DNA from: Octopus bimaculoides
Taxonomy: Eukaryota
Reading direction: 5' to 3'
NCBI RefSeq assembly: GCF_001194135.2
Contig: NC_068984.1
Coordinates: 52,946,786-53,010,785, forward strand
DNA length: 64,000 bases
The translations under genes were made by a program, and so were the position numbers. Below the pieces are notes generated by a model. The model searched no databases. It was not told the origin of the DNA and saw only the letters and a list, made by a program, of their open reading frames with translations. Position 1 is the stretch's first letter, and every line of letters begins with the position of its first letter. Below, piece by piece: positions 37,055-49,571 of this stretch.

Positions 37055-37435
37055 TTATTTGTTTCAGATGCTGGACAGCAGCCATACTGGCGCACTGTCT
37101 TGAAGGGTTAAGTTGAACAAATCGACCCCAGTACTTATTTTTTTTTTAAGCCTGGTACTTATTCTAGTGGTCACTTTTTGCCAAACTGTTAAGTTACAAG
37201 GACATAAACAAACCAGCATTGTCAAGTGGTGGTGGGGACAAACAAATACACACTCACAGATATATACATATACAATGGTCTTTCAATTTCCATCTACTAA
37301 ATCTACTTGCAAGGCTTTGGTCAGCCTGTCACTATAGTAGAAGACACTTGCCCAAGGTGCCACACCGTGGGCCTGAACCTGGGACCATGTGCTTGGGAAT
37401 CAAGCTTCTTATCACACAGCCACATCTGTGCCTAT
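37055..37435 (-). mobile_element. Family B SINE in CDK9 intron 1
   Basis: Aligns with 19566-19891 (GAAGACACTTGCCCAAGGTGCCAC). Confidence 0.8.
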
Positions 37436-38171
37436 TCCCAATTTTTCTCAATTACTACAGTAACTTGGGACGCACAGAAGGAAAGCTTTATATTTACTCA
37501 GAATGTATGAAAACAGGTTAACTAAAAGCCTGAAAACAAGTATGGACATGTAGAACAAATTTTTGAAAATGCTTTGGACAGGCAAAAGGTTAATAGCCTT
37601 ATGTGTTACTAAACTGCTCTTCCACAATGTAGTTGCTTTAAATTCAATACATTCTCTTAGATTAAGTCACAGATAAATACAACTCCAAAATATTTTATTA
37701 GTAACTTTTTCTAATGTCTTACTATGTTTGTGGATATTATATTCTTAGTTTTTGTAAGAATATAGAAATCATTGGGAAAATGTCATGTAGTCTATGATTT
37801 TACTCCTTCTAAAGATGTGCTTGCATGCAAAATTTCAGTTGCTTGGGTACAAAACTGTGACTTACAACTTGCAACATACTGTATTTTTTTGGTGTATAAG
37901 ACACACTCTTATTTTACAAGGATATTTTGTGGGAAAACATTTAGTATGTGTCATCATATACCTATTGAAAGACATTTTGAAGTGGTTTTGTAGGGAAAAA
38001 AAATGAATGATTCTGTGCAAATAAAAACAATATTGGGACAAGATATTGGAATAAAGTATGAAACTATAAATAAACTATGTTATAGGAGTACTGAATTTTA
38101 GTTCTTTCACTTTAGTGACTGGAAAAATTGAGAATGTGTATCGTATATGATACATGGATGCCAACAAAATA

Positions 38172-39005
38172 TTGGGTCATCCCATAAATAATGCGGTTTT
38201 ATTTTTCAAAGTTAAGTTCTTTCCTAATATAAAATATACTCTCCTTCATTTTCTACAATGCTTTTCCATCTATCTGGTAGACTTGCAAGGCTCCTCTTCC
38301 AAAATTCACTTACATGTGACAAAAAATACTTCTCCAGTACTGTTTTGACTTCATCTCTACAGAATTCATATTTTTTCTGTCCAACTGAATTTGAAGACTG
38401 CGGAATAAATGATAATCAGATGGAGTAAGAATGTCTGACGAATTTGGTGGATGGGACATCGTTTCCCATTCAAACTGCTCCACCCTTTGGAATGTCATCC
38501 TCACTGTATGTGGCCAAGCATTATCCTGATGGAAGAACATGGCACTGACTTAAATGACTGGTTGAACAACCAAATCCAAGCTTCTCTGCTAGTTCCTCAA
38601 CAGTTATGATGGGATTTTGTTCCACCAGGGTTTGCAGGATGTCCTCGACGAGCTCTACAGATCATCTAGGATGTAGTTTCCAGTTCAGAATTTCTGGAAC
38701 CATCGTTGACACTGGATTACTCGTATTGTCTGATCCTCATATACTGCATTAATATTCCTTGCACTTTCCATTGCATTGTTGTCTTCATTGAACTCATAAA
38801 GGCAAAATATGCCGAATATTTTCCTTTGTTACTTCCATTAAAGCTTTCAAAAAAATAACTTAAAAATTGAACTGCACTATGTATAAGGTCATGGTAAAAT
38901 TATTACCTGCTTTTATAGCAAGTTGATGCAGGTAGTTTATCCTGTCCCCCTCCAACTTCTAGTTCATGCAATTGAAAAAACTTCATTATTTATGGGATGA
39001 TCCAA
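38172..39005 (-). mobile_element. Internally deleted mariner DNA transposon
   Basis: TA target duplication at 38170-38171 and 39006-39007. 22-bp TIR core TTGGGTCATCCCATAAATAATG / CATTATTTATGGGATGATCCAA with 1 mismatch. The transposase N-terminus from ATG 38838 (MEVTKENIRHIL..) is joined to HQDNAWPH and HPPNSSD.LTPSDYHLFRSLQ (cf. HDNARPH, HPPYSPDLAPSDY). Confidence 0.93.
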
Positions 39006-39985
39006 TATGTCCTGTGTATCACATCTGATACACAGGACATAAAGTGTTAAGTAAAGCATGCAGTCTTAATCAGATGTGAAATAAATTTATTAAACCTTAT
39101 CCAAGGGAATGTATTTTAGCAAGTTTAATTATTATCAGCAGCAATTTATTAATTTCTATTTTGCAGCTAATTTTATCAACAAAAATGAAATATTTGATGG
39201 ACAACTGACAGTAAATACCAAAGAAAATTTAGAATGCATTGCTAATATATGCTAGTTTAACTCTTCCAACACCAACTTACCACAAGTGTTTATATTAAAG
39301 TGTTCAGAATCATGGGAAAATATTACACTCAAGAATTTGTTTTGTTGAATTTTACTATGTGTGTCTCAGGCTTAGAACTGGTATACTGTATATGTTGTAA
39401 GAGATGTACCAAAAGGGTTGGCATTATGTTGTGGGTCCCTGTAATGCTAACCCCAGCTTTATCAGTGAAAAAGTTTTCAAAATTAAGTTGAAAAATCAAA
39501 AACACAAAGGTAATAAATTTTTGTTTTAAATATTGTTACAAAAGGATCAAAAATTTGTTGAATATGTTTGTAACATAAAAGCTTGATGCTTATTTGTAAA
39601 AATTAGTCATTTATTGAAATAAAGAAATTTCCCATTTTCTTTTGAATATTTTGACTCTCCCATGTCCTGCTGATAGGATGGACTCATACTCCCTGCATCA
39701 ACTACTCTACCCCATGGGGATATTATTTTCTTAGATACAGATTTCAGTTCGGTTTGATGAAAGAGAGCAGCAATCTGGAGTATGAAAAGGAATTTGCCCA
39801 TACAATCATTTTCTGCTCCTCTGATGTATATCTGACAAAAGGATGAACTCTAAAATGACAATTGAAATGTCTATATTATTTGGTTGCCTCACTTTGCATT
39901 ATGAGGTATTTCTTATTAATGTAATTCTGTTAGAAACAGCAAATAGTTTTAGGTGACTAATGGATATTTATTGTTCATTTTACAG

Positions 39986-40067
39986 AGAAGTATTTAAAGC
40001 TCGGTGTAAGAAGACCAAAAAACTAGTTGCATTAAAGAAGGTTCTGATGGAAAATGAAAAAGAAGGC
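39986..40067 (+). CDS. CDK9: CDK9 exon 2
   Basis: tacAG|...GGC|GTaagt. 82 nt, EVFKARCKKTKKLVALKKVLMENEKEG, includes the catalytic Lys. Confidence 0.98.
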
Positions 40068-40131
40068 GTAAGTTTTGTACTGAAAATTTTTATCAAAATA
40101 ATTCTAAATTAACTAACATATCATGTTAATT

Positions 40132-40378
40132 GGCACATAAAATAGACCATTTTGAGCGTGGCCGTTGCCAGTACCTCCTGACTGGCCTTCATATGGGTGA
40201 CATGTAAAAGCACCCACTACACTCTCTGAGTGGTTGGCGTTAGGAAGGGCATCCAGCTGTAGAAACTCTGCCAAATCAGATTGGAGCCTGGTGTTGCCAT
40301 CCGGTTTCATCAGTCCTCAGTCAAATCGTCCAACCCATGCTAGCATGGAAAGTGGACGTTAAAGGATGATGATGAATG
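40132..40378 (+). mobile_element. (GAT)n-tailed LINE 3' end copy in CDK9 intron 2
   Basis: Near-identical to 19125-19356 (GGAAGGGCATCCAGCTGTAGAAACTCTGCC...CCAACCCATGCTAGCATGGAAAG). Confidence 0.85.
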
Positions 40379-41251
40379 ATGAGAAAATCATATTGATAGC
40401 AAAATGGCAATCATTAGATTGTTGGGCAGAATGCCTCAAGGTATTTGTTTTGTGTTCAAATGCTGCTGAAGGTAATTTACTTTTCATTCTTTTGGGGTCA
40501 ATTAAAAAAAAAAATGCTAATCCTGGGCAGTGGATTGGCAGGATTAAGAATATCAGACTGAATGTCTTTCGGTTTTTCTTCTGGCTCATTGCGTTCTGAG
40601 TCCAAATCCTGCAATGTGTGGTAGACTTATTCCATCACCCAGTTTAACATCACTGTCTGGTACTTTGAGTGCCTTTAGCAGAATCCACTCTGCTGCAAGC
40701 ATTCAGGCCTGATCTCTGGTTTGAAGATACTTTCCTCTCTCTCCACTAGTCTTGGAAGCCTTGTAAAGGGTCATGAGCACTGCTTTCCCTCTTAACTAGA
40801 TAATAATAAAAAACAATTTGGCATCTAATTATAAATTTTGCTTGATGTCTGAAGTTATTTCTTGAAAAAGTACTGTGAGTGTTTTTTTCCTTGTTCCCTT
40901 TTTCGCACTACATAATTTCTCATTAGTATCTTTTAATGTTCTTAATATTAAATGTTAGCCCTAACTGAAATGTTGTTTCTCAAGTGAATATCATTTATTA
41001 ATCATTTATTCTCTAAGCATATCTATTCTCTTTGCTAACCAATGTACAGTCTTGTACATTTACTTAATGATTTTTTTTTTCACAATTGCAATAGTTATGG
41101 CTATGTTTTACTGATGAGGTTATAATAACACTGAAATATACCTTTCATACTTGTCACAGTTGTTAAAAATAGTATTACTTATTTATTAATAGTGTTCTTT
41201 CTTCAATACAAAGTTATTTCTAGTTAGTTTCTACATTAAACATGTTAACGC

Positions 41252-41590
41252 TCATCATCATTATCATCATTTAACATCTGTTTTCCGCGCTGGCATGGGT
41301 TAGATGGTTTGACTGGAGATGGTAAGCCGGAGAGCTACACCAGGCTCCTGTCTGTTTGGTTTCTGTGACTGGATTCCCTTCCTAACACCAACCACTCCAC
41401 AGTGTAACTAGCTCTAGCCATGACCATGATTTCACTTAGTTTGACATGTCTTCTCAAGCACAGAAATTCACCAGAAGTCTTGGTCACTTGTCATTGCTTC
41501 TGTTAGACTCAACATCTGAAGATCACATTTCACCGCTTCATCCCATGTCTTACTGGTTCTACCTCTTCCACATGTACCTTCCACACTGAA
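41252..41590 (-). mobile_element. RTE-type LINE 3' end (ORF C-terminus + 3' UTR + (GAT)n tail) in CDK9 intron 2
   Basis: Minus strand encodes GTCGRGRTSKTWDEAVKCDLQMLSLTEAMTSDQDFW..VLEKT, followed directly by the GGAAGGG.ATCCAG motif and the (GAT)n tail. Confidence 0.8.
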
Positions 41591-41623
41591 TTAATTAAAT
41601 GTTTTTTGATGGATTTCTTCCAG

Positions 41624-41714
41624 TTCCCCATCACAGCATTAAGAGAAATCAAGATTCTACAACTTCTGAAGAATGAAAACATTATTAATCTTATCGAAAT
41701 TTGCAGAACTAAAG
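41624..41714 (+). CDS. CDK9: CDK9 exon 3
   Basis: ttccAG|...G|GTaagt. 91 nt, FPITALREIKILQLLKNENIINLIEICRTK; PITALRE helix diagnostic of the CDK9 group. Confidence 0.98.
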
Positions 41715-41834
41715 GTAAGTCTTGTCTTTTTTGCTATCTCTACTTTAGTAACTATTGTACTTTCTTTTCTTCTTGCACTTGATGTTTTGTTTTTAAATTT
41801 TTTAATCTTCAAATATTCTTGTATTTTCTTTCAG

Positions 41835-42670
41835 CCACAAGTTACAATCGGATGAGAGGAACATTTTATCTAGTATTTGACTTCTGTGAACATGATCTGG
41901 CAGGTTTGCTAAGCAACGTCCAGGTAAAATTCTCTCTTGGAGAAATCAAGAAAGTCATGCAACAGTTACTGAACAGTCTCTACTTCATCCATAGTAACAA
42001 AGTCCTTCATCGAGACATGAAAGCTGCCAACATTCTTATTACCAAACATGGTGTACTCAAGCTGGCTGATTTTGGTTTAGCTCGTGCATTCAGTTTGAAA
42101 GGTCAGCCTAATCGTTATACAAACAGAGTAGTGACCCTTTGGTATCGGCCGCCAGAACTGCTTCTCGGCGAACGAAATTATGGTCCACCTGTTGATCTTT
42201 GGGGAGCTGGGTGTATCATGGCTGAAATGTGGACACGCAGTCCTATTATGCAAGGGAATACTGAACAGCATCAACTACAATTGATTAGCCAGTTATGTGG
42301 GTCAATTACACCAGAAGTATGGCCTGATGTTGAAAACCTTGACTTGTACAACAAAATTGAACTTCCAAAGGGTCAGAAGCGTAAAGTAAAAGACCGCTTA
42401 AAAGTTTATGTCAAAGATCAATATGCTTTAGATTTGCTGGACAAATTGTTAACACTTGACCCTTCAAAGCGTTGTGATAGTGATACTGCTTTAAACCATG
42501 ATTTCTTTTGGACAGATCCAATGCCTACTGATTTATCTCGTATGCTGTCACAACATACAACCAGTATGTTTGAATTTTTAGCTCCTCCACGTCGACGAGG
42601 TCCAACACAACACCATGTCCAAGCTCGACCCACACAAAATCCTGACCAACATTATGAAAGAGTATTTTAA
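41835..42670 (+). CDS. CDK9: CDK9 exon 4 (last), rest of kinase domain
   Basis: tttcAG|CC...TAA. 836 nt containing LVFDFCEHDL, HRDMKAAN, DFG, NRYTNRVVTLWYRPPE and C-terminal YERVF. Total CDS 1101 nt = 366 aa. Confidence 0.99.
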
Positions 42671-44591
42671 TATTTTTTACCTAACTATAAATCCTTTACT
42701 AGTTGTTGGCTAATGCTGACACACTCCCATCCATCATTGACAACTGGAAAGGTTTATATTCAAATAACTGTGATTTGTAAGAAATTGCTTTTCAAATCTG
42801 AATTTGGTTTCCCTTTAAATAGTATGCTGTTTAAAAAAAAATCAATTTCTTTAGCTGTAAATATTTTTCATAAAAAAAAAAAAGTTATTTTTTTATTGAT
42901 ATTTTTCTTGTTACGTGTAACAGTAGTTTTAAATTTTTTATTTACTACTTAATTTTGCAAATCAAGTTGTCTAAATCTTAAATTATTTGTTTTATATTAC
43001 TAAAATTGTGTTTAATTATCTTGTAAGATAAGGATGAAGTCAAAGCTGACTTAGAAAATTAAAACTGAAAATGTCTGTGTGCACATGTGAAGACAAATTT
43101 GTGATTAAACCTGTTGTTATAAAGTAAACAAACTTTTGCATCATTAATGTCAATTACTTTGGCTGAATAAGTTCTGGAAAACAAACAATAGTCTATGGAG
43201 TGAATAGTGATTGTTAATACAGATCAGCTTAAAGCGAACAAACCTCAAACATGTTACAGTATGATCAGGTTCCTTTTTTTTTTTGTATATCCACATCAAC
43301 ATTGTTCAATGTCTTCCTTTTTTTAATATTTGGGTCTTACTTCTAGTGACCATATAGTCTATCATAACTCAAAGAAAGTCCACATGAATCCCTCAAGCTC
43401 TGATAAGATATTTTATAACAAATGAGTGGCTGAGATATCTCATTATAAGGCCTAAAGGCTACTTCAAGAGATATACCATGTCAAATTATACACTATGGGT
43501 TTATGTATTTAGTTATGAAAATTTCTTCTGTTGACGAAAGATCCTACCAACTATCATCGTATCATAATCATTTAAACATCTCAACGGTAATAGAGACTGC
43601 CATTAATCCTAACCTTCTCCAACACTAAATTCTCTCCCCTTAATCATCAGTATTGCTTTTGTACGGTCAAATTTATTGGAAACCTCTGACGTTCTTCAAT
43701 TAGTTCTTGCCCTTGTGAAAACATTGTTTTGTCTTCCACACACCTCCCATGCAGATGATATCATCCTCCATAACATTTTGCATCTTGGCATCATTCACAT
43801 GAACCTAGAGACTTCATGCCAAAAATTGCACTGACTCCAAAAGATGCTCCAATGCAGTAATGTCAATCTTGTCTCCTTTAGCAGTACAAGGATACAGGTA
43901 CTGAGTTTTAAAAAAAAACCTAAGAGATAAATAATTATGCTAAGTGTATGGAACACCATTCTAATGAAAACTTTTTGGATGTTTGTGTTGGAATAAAATG
44001 CACCACTAGTATATAATTCATATCAAATCCCTAACCTGCTGAACTGTATTTTCAGCACGGTTTAAAATATTTCTGAAGAACATCTTAGATATCTTTTCAG
44101 TACATCAATTAATGTATTTGAAGAATGATCCTAAACAGGATAATCTGGCTTACAGGTGGTCTTTCATGGATATATAAAATAAGGTTATAAGTGCTCACAA
44201 TCTATGCATGGGAGTTTTGGTCAATAAAGCTATGATTGGTTACAAAAGGCATTTGAAATTTCATAAATGCTTAATGAAGAGATGTATTAGTTTGGGTTTG
44301 TGTCAATTCATGAAACTCTTTAACAAAATTATATTGGGAAAAAGACCAACAATGCTACCAGATCTACACAATCCAGGAACTGGGTAAAATCATGATAATC
44401 TTACTATTAGCCCTATCACAGAATGAAATAAAAATTTTAAAGATTTTTTTTCTTTGTACCCACTAAGTTTTATAGTCACCTCCCAAAATCAAACATATTA
44501 CTCATAAACAAGCATTAAAAAAATTTTTAATTATTGTTGATATAACGCTTGATTCTATTCCTTATTTATATAAAAGATAAAACCATTTTAA

Positions 44592-44780
44592 CTCTTTAGC
44601 ATTCAGATTACTCTGTCAAATGTAATGCTTATTTATCTGCATTGTTTTAAATAAATTTTGCATTATCTTTAAGCTTTGAAATTTCAATGATGTGATTTTT
44701 TATTTTTACAATGACATTGTTGGATAAATTTGACTAGTTTGAACATAAAACAGGATATGGGTGGTTTAAATGTTAAAGAG
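44592..44780. mobile_element. TTAA-flanked MITE (piggyBac-like ends)
   Basis: TTAA|CTCTTTAGCATT ... AATGTTAAAGAG|TTAA. Confidence 0.7.
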
Positions 44781-46821
44781 TTAAGAAAACCCACAGAATG
44801 TTTATCAGCAGACTAACTCTTCTCAGATCAACAAGACAATGTAGTAGACACCATCACATCTAGAATCTGCAATTTCCTGAACAGTGTACCACAAAGATAT
44901 CTCCTCACCTTGTTCTATGTAACCACATACCATTTCCACACATCCTCAAAACAGAGATAACATCGAACATCATCTAGACATTGGTTCCAAAATCAAGAGC
45001 TACAATAACATCGTTCAAATCCATCACACGTTTTTTCTAGGAGCTTCTAGGAGTCATATTTTCCAAAAAAAACATGTTAGTCTTTAAAAAGAAAAGGACA
45101 TATTGGAAGACAGAAAAAAAAAAAGAAAAACCTTTGAACACAGGCCTGCTCAATTTGGGAATAAGTAACAACTACCTTTCTTTCCAGCAAAACCAGACAA
45201 CAATTATAACAAACCATCTCATACCATCAATCTGAAAAATTTTATGCGATCATTTGACATGCTAGAAGTAGCTGTCAAATCTTCCTTAGTTCACCCCTCA
45301 CTATCTTCAAAAATAGGAATATAGTCCTAAATATCCCTAAACAAAAGAGTGTTGTTCCAGGCTGGAATGCCTTGGTCATAGGTCTGCTCAGTCAGAGCTG
45401 ACCTGACTTTGTTAATTCTGCTGGGGCTACAATTTCTCTATAAGAAATCAAATTACAATTGTATTATCACAGGCTGTCACAAACCACCTGCACAATGAAA
45501 CATACAACATGAAATACCAAAAGACTACTTAGATACAAAAAGGGCAGTTTATATTTCAGTAGTCTGTACAACCCCCAGTCCTTGTCACTGCATGTACATT
45601 CACTCCAAAACACTGACACATCTCTTTTCAGTTCAGAAACATTTCCAACCACATGGTTATGGGTTGTTTCACTGTATGACACCTTAAAAAAGTATCTCAG
45701 GCCAACCAAATCTTTGTGAGTGGATTTGGTAGATGGAAAAATGAAAAAAGCCCACCATATATATATGTGTTTGTGTTTATGTCTGTCTACCACCATTGCT
45801 TGATAACTAGTGTTGGTGTATTCACATCCTTATAACTTAACGGTTTGGCAAAAGAGACTAATAGAATAAGTTACTAGACTTGAGAAAAAAAAGTCTTTGG
45901 GTTGCTTTGTTCAACTAAAACCCTACAATGCAGGGCCACAGTAAAATGACTGAAACAAGTAAAGGTAAAAGATACAAGATTTCAAAATATATACACATAA
46001 AAATAGCAGCATTACTCGTGTTATTAGCCTTATACTACAGTGTGATGAAATGGCTGTCACCAGAATCTACAGTGAGGAAGTCTTCTCTAGCATATATATG
46101 AAGCTACATGTCAGAATGGACAGCCTGGTCTTCAAAGAGACAGAAGTATAGATTATCTAGAACTTTTGATTGCATTTAACTGTTTTGCCAACTACCTACA
46201 AGCAGTAAGGATAGGCTTTTTTTTTTTTTTTTTTTTGGAGAGAAGGAGCTAATCTCTTATTTGCTTGCACGATAATTTTCTAAAACCTTTGATACTAAAA
46301 AAATATCTTAAAAACAAAATGTTTTTATTGAAATTGATGAAATTAAATTATTAAGGGGTTTATTAGCAAAATCTCCAGATATCAAATCGTAGACAGACAA
46401 TTTATGATTTGGGTTTACTGTTAATCTATTTAAAAGGAAAAAAACTACTATATTAACATATTGAACACTGGGATAGAAACCTAAATCCTGCAAACCAAGT
46501 CTAATTTTGGCATATGATTTTAGTTATTTAGCTAACAACTTTGGAAAAAGTTACATCTTTACTTTCTGTACATTCCACTCCCATCTCACATTTTGTCTCT
46601 CTGAAGAAATTAATTAAACAATTCAGATTTATGCTTTTTGCTCTACAGCAATTGTAAATGGTACCAGGAAAGAGGAGAATCACAGCTTCAAACTTTTTCT
46701 ACATAAAACTGTTTTTAAAATTATTGTATTGATATTTAAATGTTTAACTTGAAACATTTAAAACAATTTTCCTCTAATTTGCTCCCCTTTTTTATAGTGA
46801 AATAGTCTTTCTTTTATTTAA

Positions 46822-47035
46822 CCCATTAGCATTTAAACCAACCATATCCAGCCAAAATATTCTGTTTTATTATCAAACTGGCCAGCTCTGGCCTCTCACA
46901 ACAACCCTACAATATCATTCTGGAAATTAAGTTACCTCTTCAAAATCTCAAAGCTACAACATAGTGCATGATTAATACAAAGCAATGAGAATAAATAAGC
47001 ATTACTTCTGACAGAATAATGTGAATACTAAAAGG
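46822..47035. mobile_element. TTAA-flanked MITE, same family as 44592 in opposite orientation
   Basis: TTAA|CCCATTAGCATTTAAAC ... GAATACTAAAAGG|TTAA. The reverse complement aligns to 44592-44650. Confidence 0.7.
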
Positions 47036-49525
47036 TTAAATGTAATTTGGTAAAATGTTGCTATACTATATTAATGAAGAATTGTTCAGGAGACTTTATT
47101 CATGTCTTATACTTAATGAAGACCACCAAAATGATTGTAACCATTTTTTTTTCAGTAACAACAAAACACATAAATAAAATGTTGGTTTCTTTTTCCTTTA
47201 ATATCTTATCAAAATGAATGTTAAAATAGCATACTTACTAATGTCATGTTATAGAAAAAGCCATACTATTTTAAGGCACTTGAAATATCTACCAATAATG
47301 AAATTGGGAAGAGACAAGTTGACAACAGCAGTTGGCTATGAAATCATAGAAGGAATATGTGGTAGAGACTGTCATATGTTGACAATATAAAATTAAATAG
47401 TTGTGATGGCATCAACAAAGAACTTGAAAGTTCTTCATTCTATATTAATATAATCAACTAGCCCAGTTGTTGACAACAACGAAAATTCCATTAGAAAAAG
47501 TACAGGGATGACATGTAAATAGCTCTCAACTACTCTGGATAGTAAAAAATATGAAATGAAATTTTTCATAAAAATAAATTTAAAAGTTGGTTTTAAAATG
47601 CTAACAATATTTGTAAGTTAAACACAAGTCAATTGAACAGAAATGTGTAAGTATAATCTTGATTTATTCAGCACATGTCATAAGACAGTTGTTCAGCAGT
47701 CATGTATGTTAATCCATATATATAAATGTTAAATGAAAAGAAAAAAAGTTAAATGGCCAGAACTCAAATAATTAAGATTATCACAGTCATACATTTAGAT
47801 ATAAAATAAAATGAAACCATCTGAAATAAAATGGTCTGACTGATAAGAAATTAAATTTGAATGGAAAATAATAATAAATAAAAAATTTTATATTTTGAAA
47901 ATTGAAAAAGCGTCTAAATATCATTTAAAACCCCTCTCCCTCCCAAATTTAAGCTAAGACTTACTAATGTATAAGGATACTTTGCTGTGTATGAAACTCA
48001 GGGTTTTTTGTTTTTTTTTAATGTTTTGAGTTAAAAAACGCCAAGAATTTATTACTGATCTGTGAGAGTAAAATTTGGGCAACTATGATCATTTACAAAT
48101 ACCAGCTTGATGCTAAAAAAAAGAGGGGTGTGATGATGGAGGTGAAATTGAGAATCTGTTTTACAAAGGGGTTTGTTGATAAACTACAATCAAGAAAAAG
48201 GAAAATGGAAATATATAGAGATTCTTGTATTTATAAATAGTTTGAGCAAAGGGAACTGGTCGATATTGCAACAAATTCCAAAAATGTTCAAATACTTAAA
48301 TATAAGTAAGTTTAAGAAGATTTTTTTAAAATTAGAGAAATAAAAAGCTCATCTTGAGCAAAGTTGATCATTTTATACATTTTATGTAATTTAAATCTGT
48401 TATCAAAAAGGTTTGATAACAAGTTCCAAATTTCTGACAAAAGTCCAGTTGAGTGATTAGACCAAGACCTCTTTCATTCAAGTCAACTTTGATAGAATAG
48501 ATTTTCAATAATCTAACCAACAAGAAAAATTCACTGAATGGAAGCATAAAAAGAAATACATTTTTTTTTTCTTTGTACAATGTAAGCCATGTATTACTTG
48601 ATGCTTAAAATATTGTTATATTAAAGATAAATTTATTCAAAGGTAAATGAAAAAATATATTTTATTGTCAAGTTATTAAAATGTATGTTTTGTATTTTTT
48701 TTCCTCCTGCAGCAAATAGAAGTTTTTATATCAACTCCAGACGAAATATGATGAAACCAAAAAATTTTGAGGGGAATTAAATATTTTCTTACTGAATCTT
48801 AACGAGAATGATGGTGGATAAATTAAACTAAAGTTTAATCAGTAAACAGCTAAGAGAAATCAATATTTCAATGTAACTGATACACTTATCACAGGCTATA
48901 GATTCCCAGAAGCAATCACTAGTTAAACATAGCTTCATAATTTAGGTAATATGTCATGATTGTGATTACTGAGACCTAAGGAACTTTATTATAAAACACA
49001 ATCATCGAGATCACCAGATTTCATTCAGTTTTTGTCAGATGAATTATTTTACTAATTATTTTTATAAGAACATATCAAAATAACTAGACTTCCTATGAGT
49101 GGTCAACAGAAATAAATGATATGGAAGAGAGAATCTAAACTCAGGTTGGGTTTGAGCCAAGAGCAGGGAGAAAAATTCCAAGTAAAGAATTGTGATATGA
49201 AAAAAACTCATGAAAATTGGAATGTTTCGTTGAAAGAAAAAAAACAAAAAGCAAACAAAACATTTTTTTGAAATGATGATTTACAAAGTTTTTAGTCCAA
49301 CAAATCAGAATTGGCACTAGAAAACAAATTTAAATAACCTTGCACTTTTCTTTCGCAACAATAATATATTAGTCTAAAAACTTAGAGAAATAAAATATGA
49401 AAGATGAAGAGCTTGAAAAGAATCGAATATTAGATGCACTGGACTTAGTGTATAACACTGACATCATCCAGTTTAATTCCAATGAAGATATGGTTTCAAG
49501 TAAAGTGACTTATGATCCTTCATGT

Positions 49526-49571
49526 TCAAATATCAGAGTTGGGATTCAGTAACGGTTCGGGTTCATTCTTG
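49526..49571 (-). CDS. Terminal coding exon of unidentified minus-strand gene
   Basis: Minus strand: ccctttttcttattgCAG|C AAG AAT GAA CCC GAA CCG TTA CTG AAT CCC AAC TCT GAT ATT TGA = (S)KNEPEPLLNPNSDI*. Strong polypyrimidine acceptor. Confidence 0.6.
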
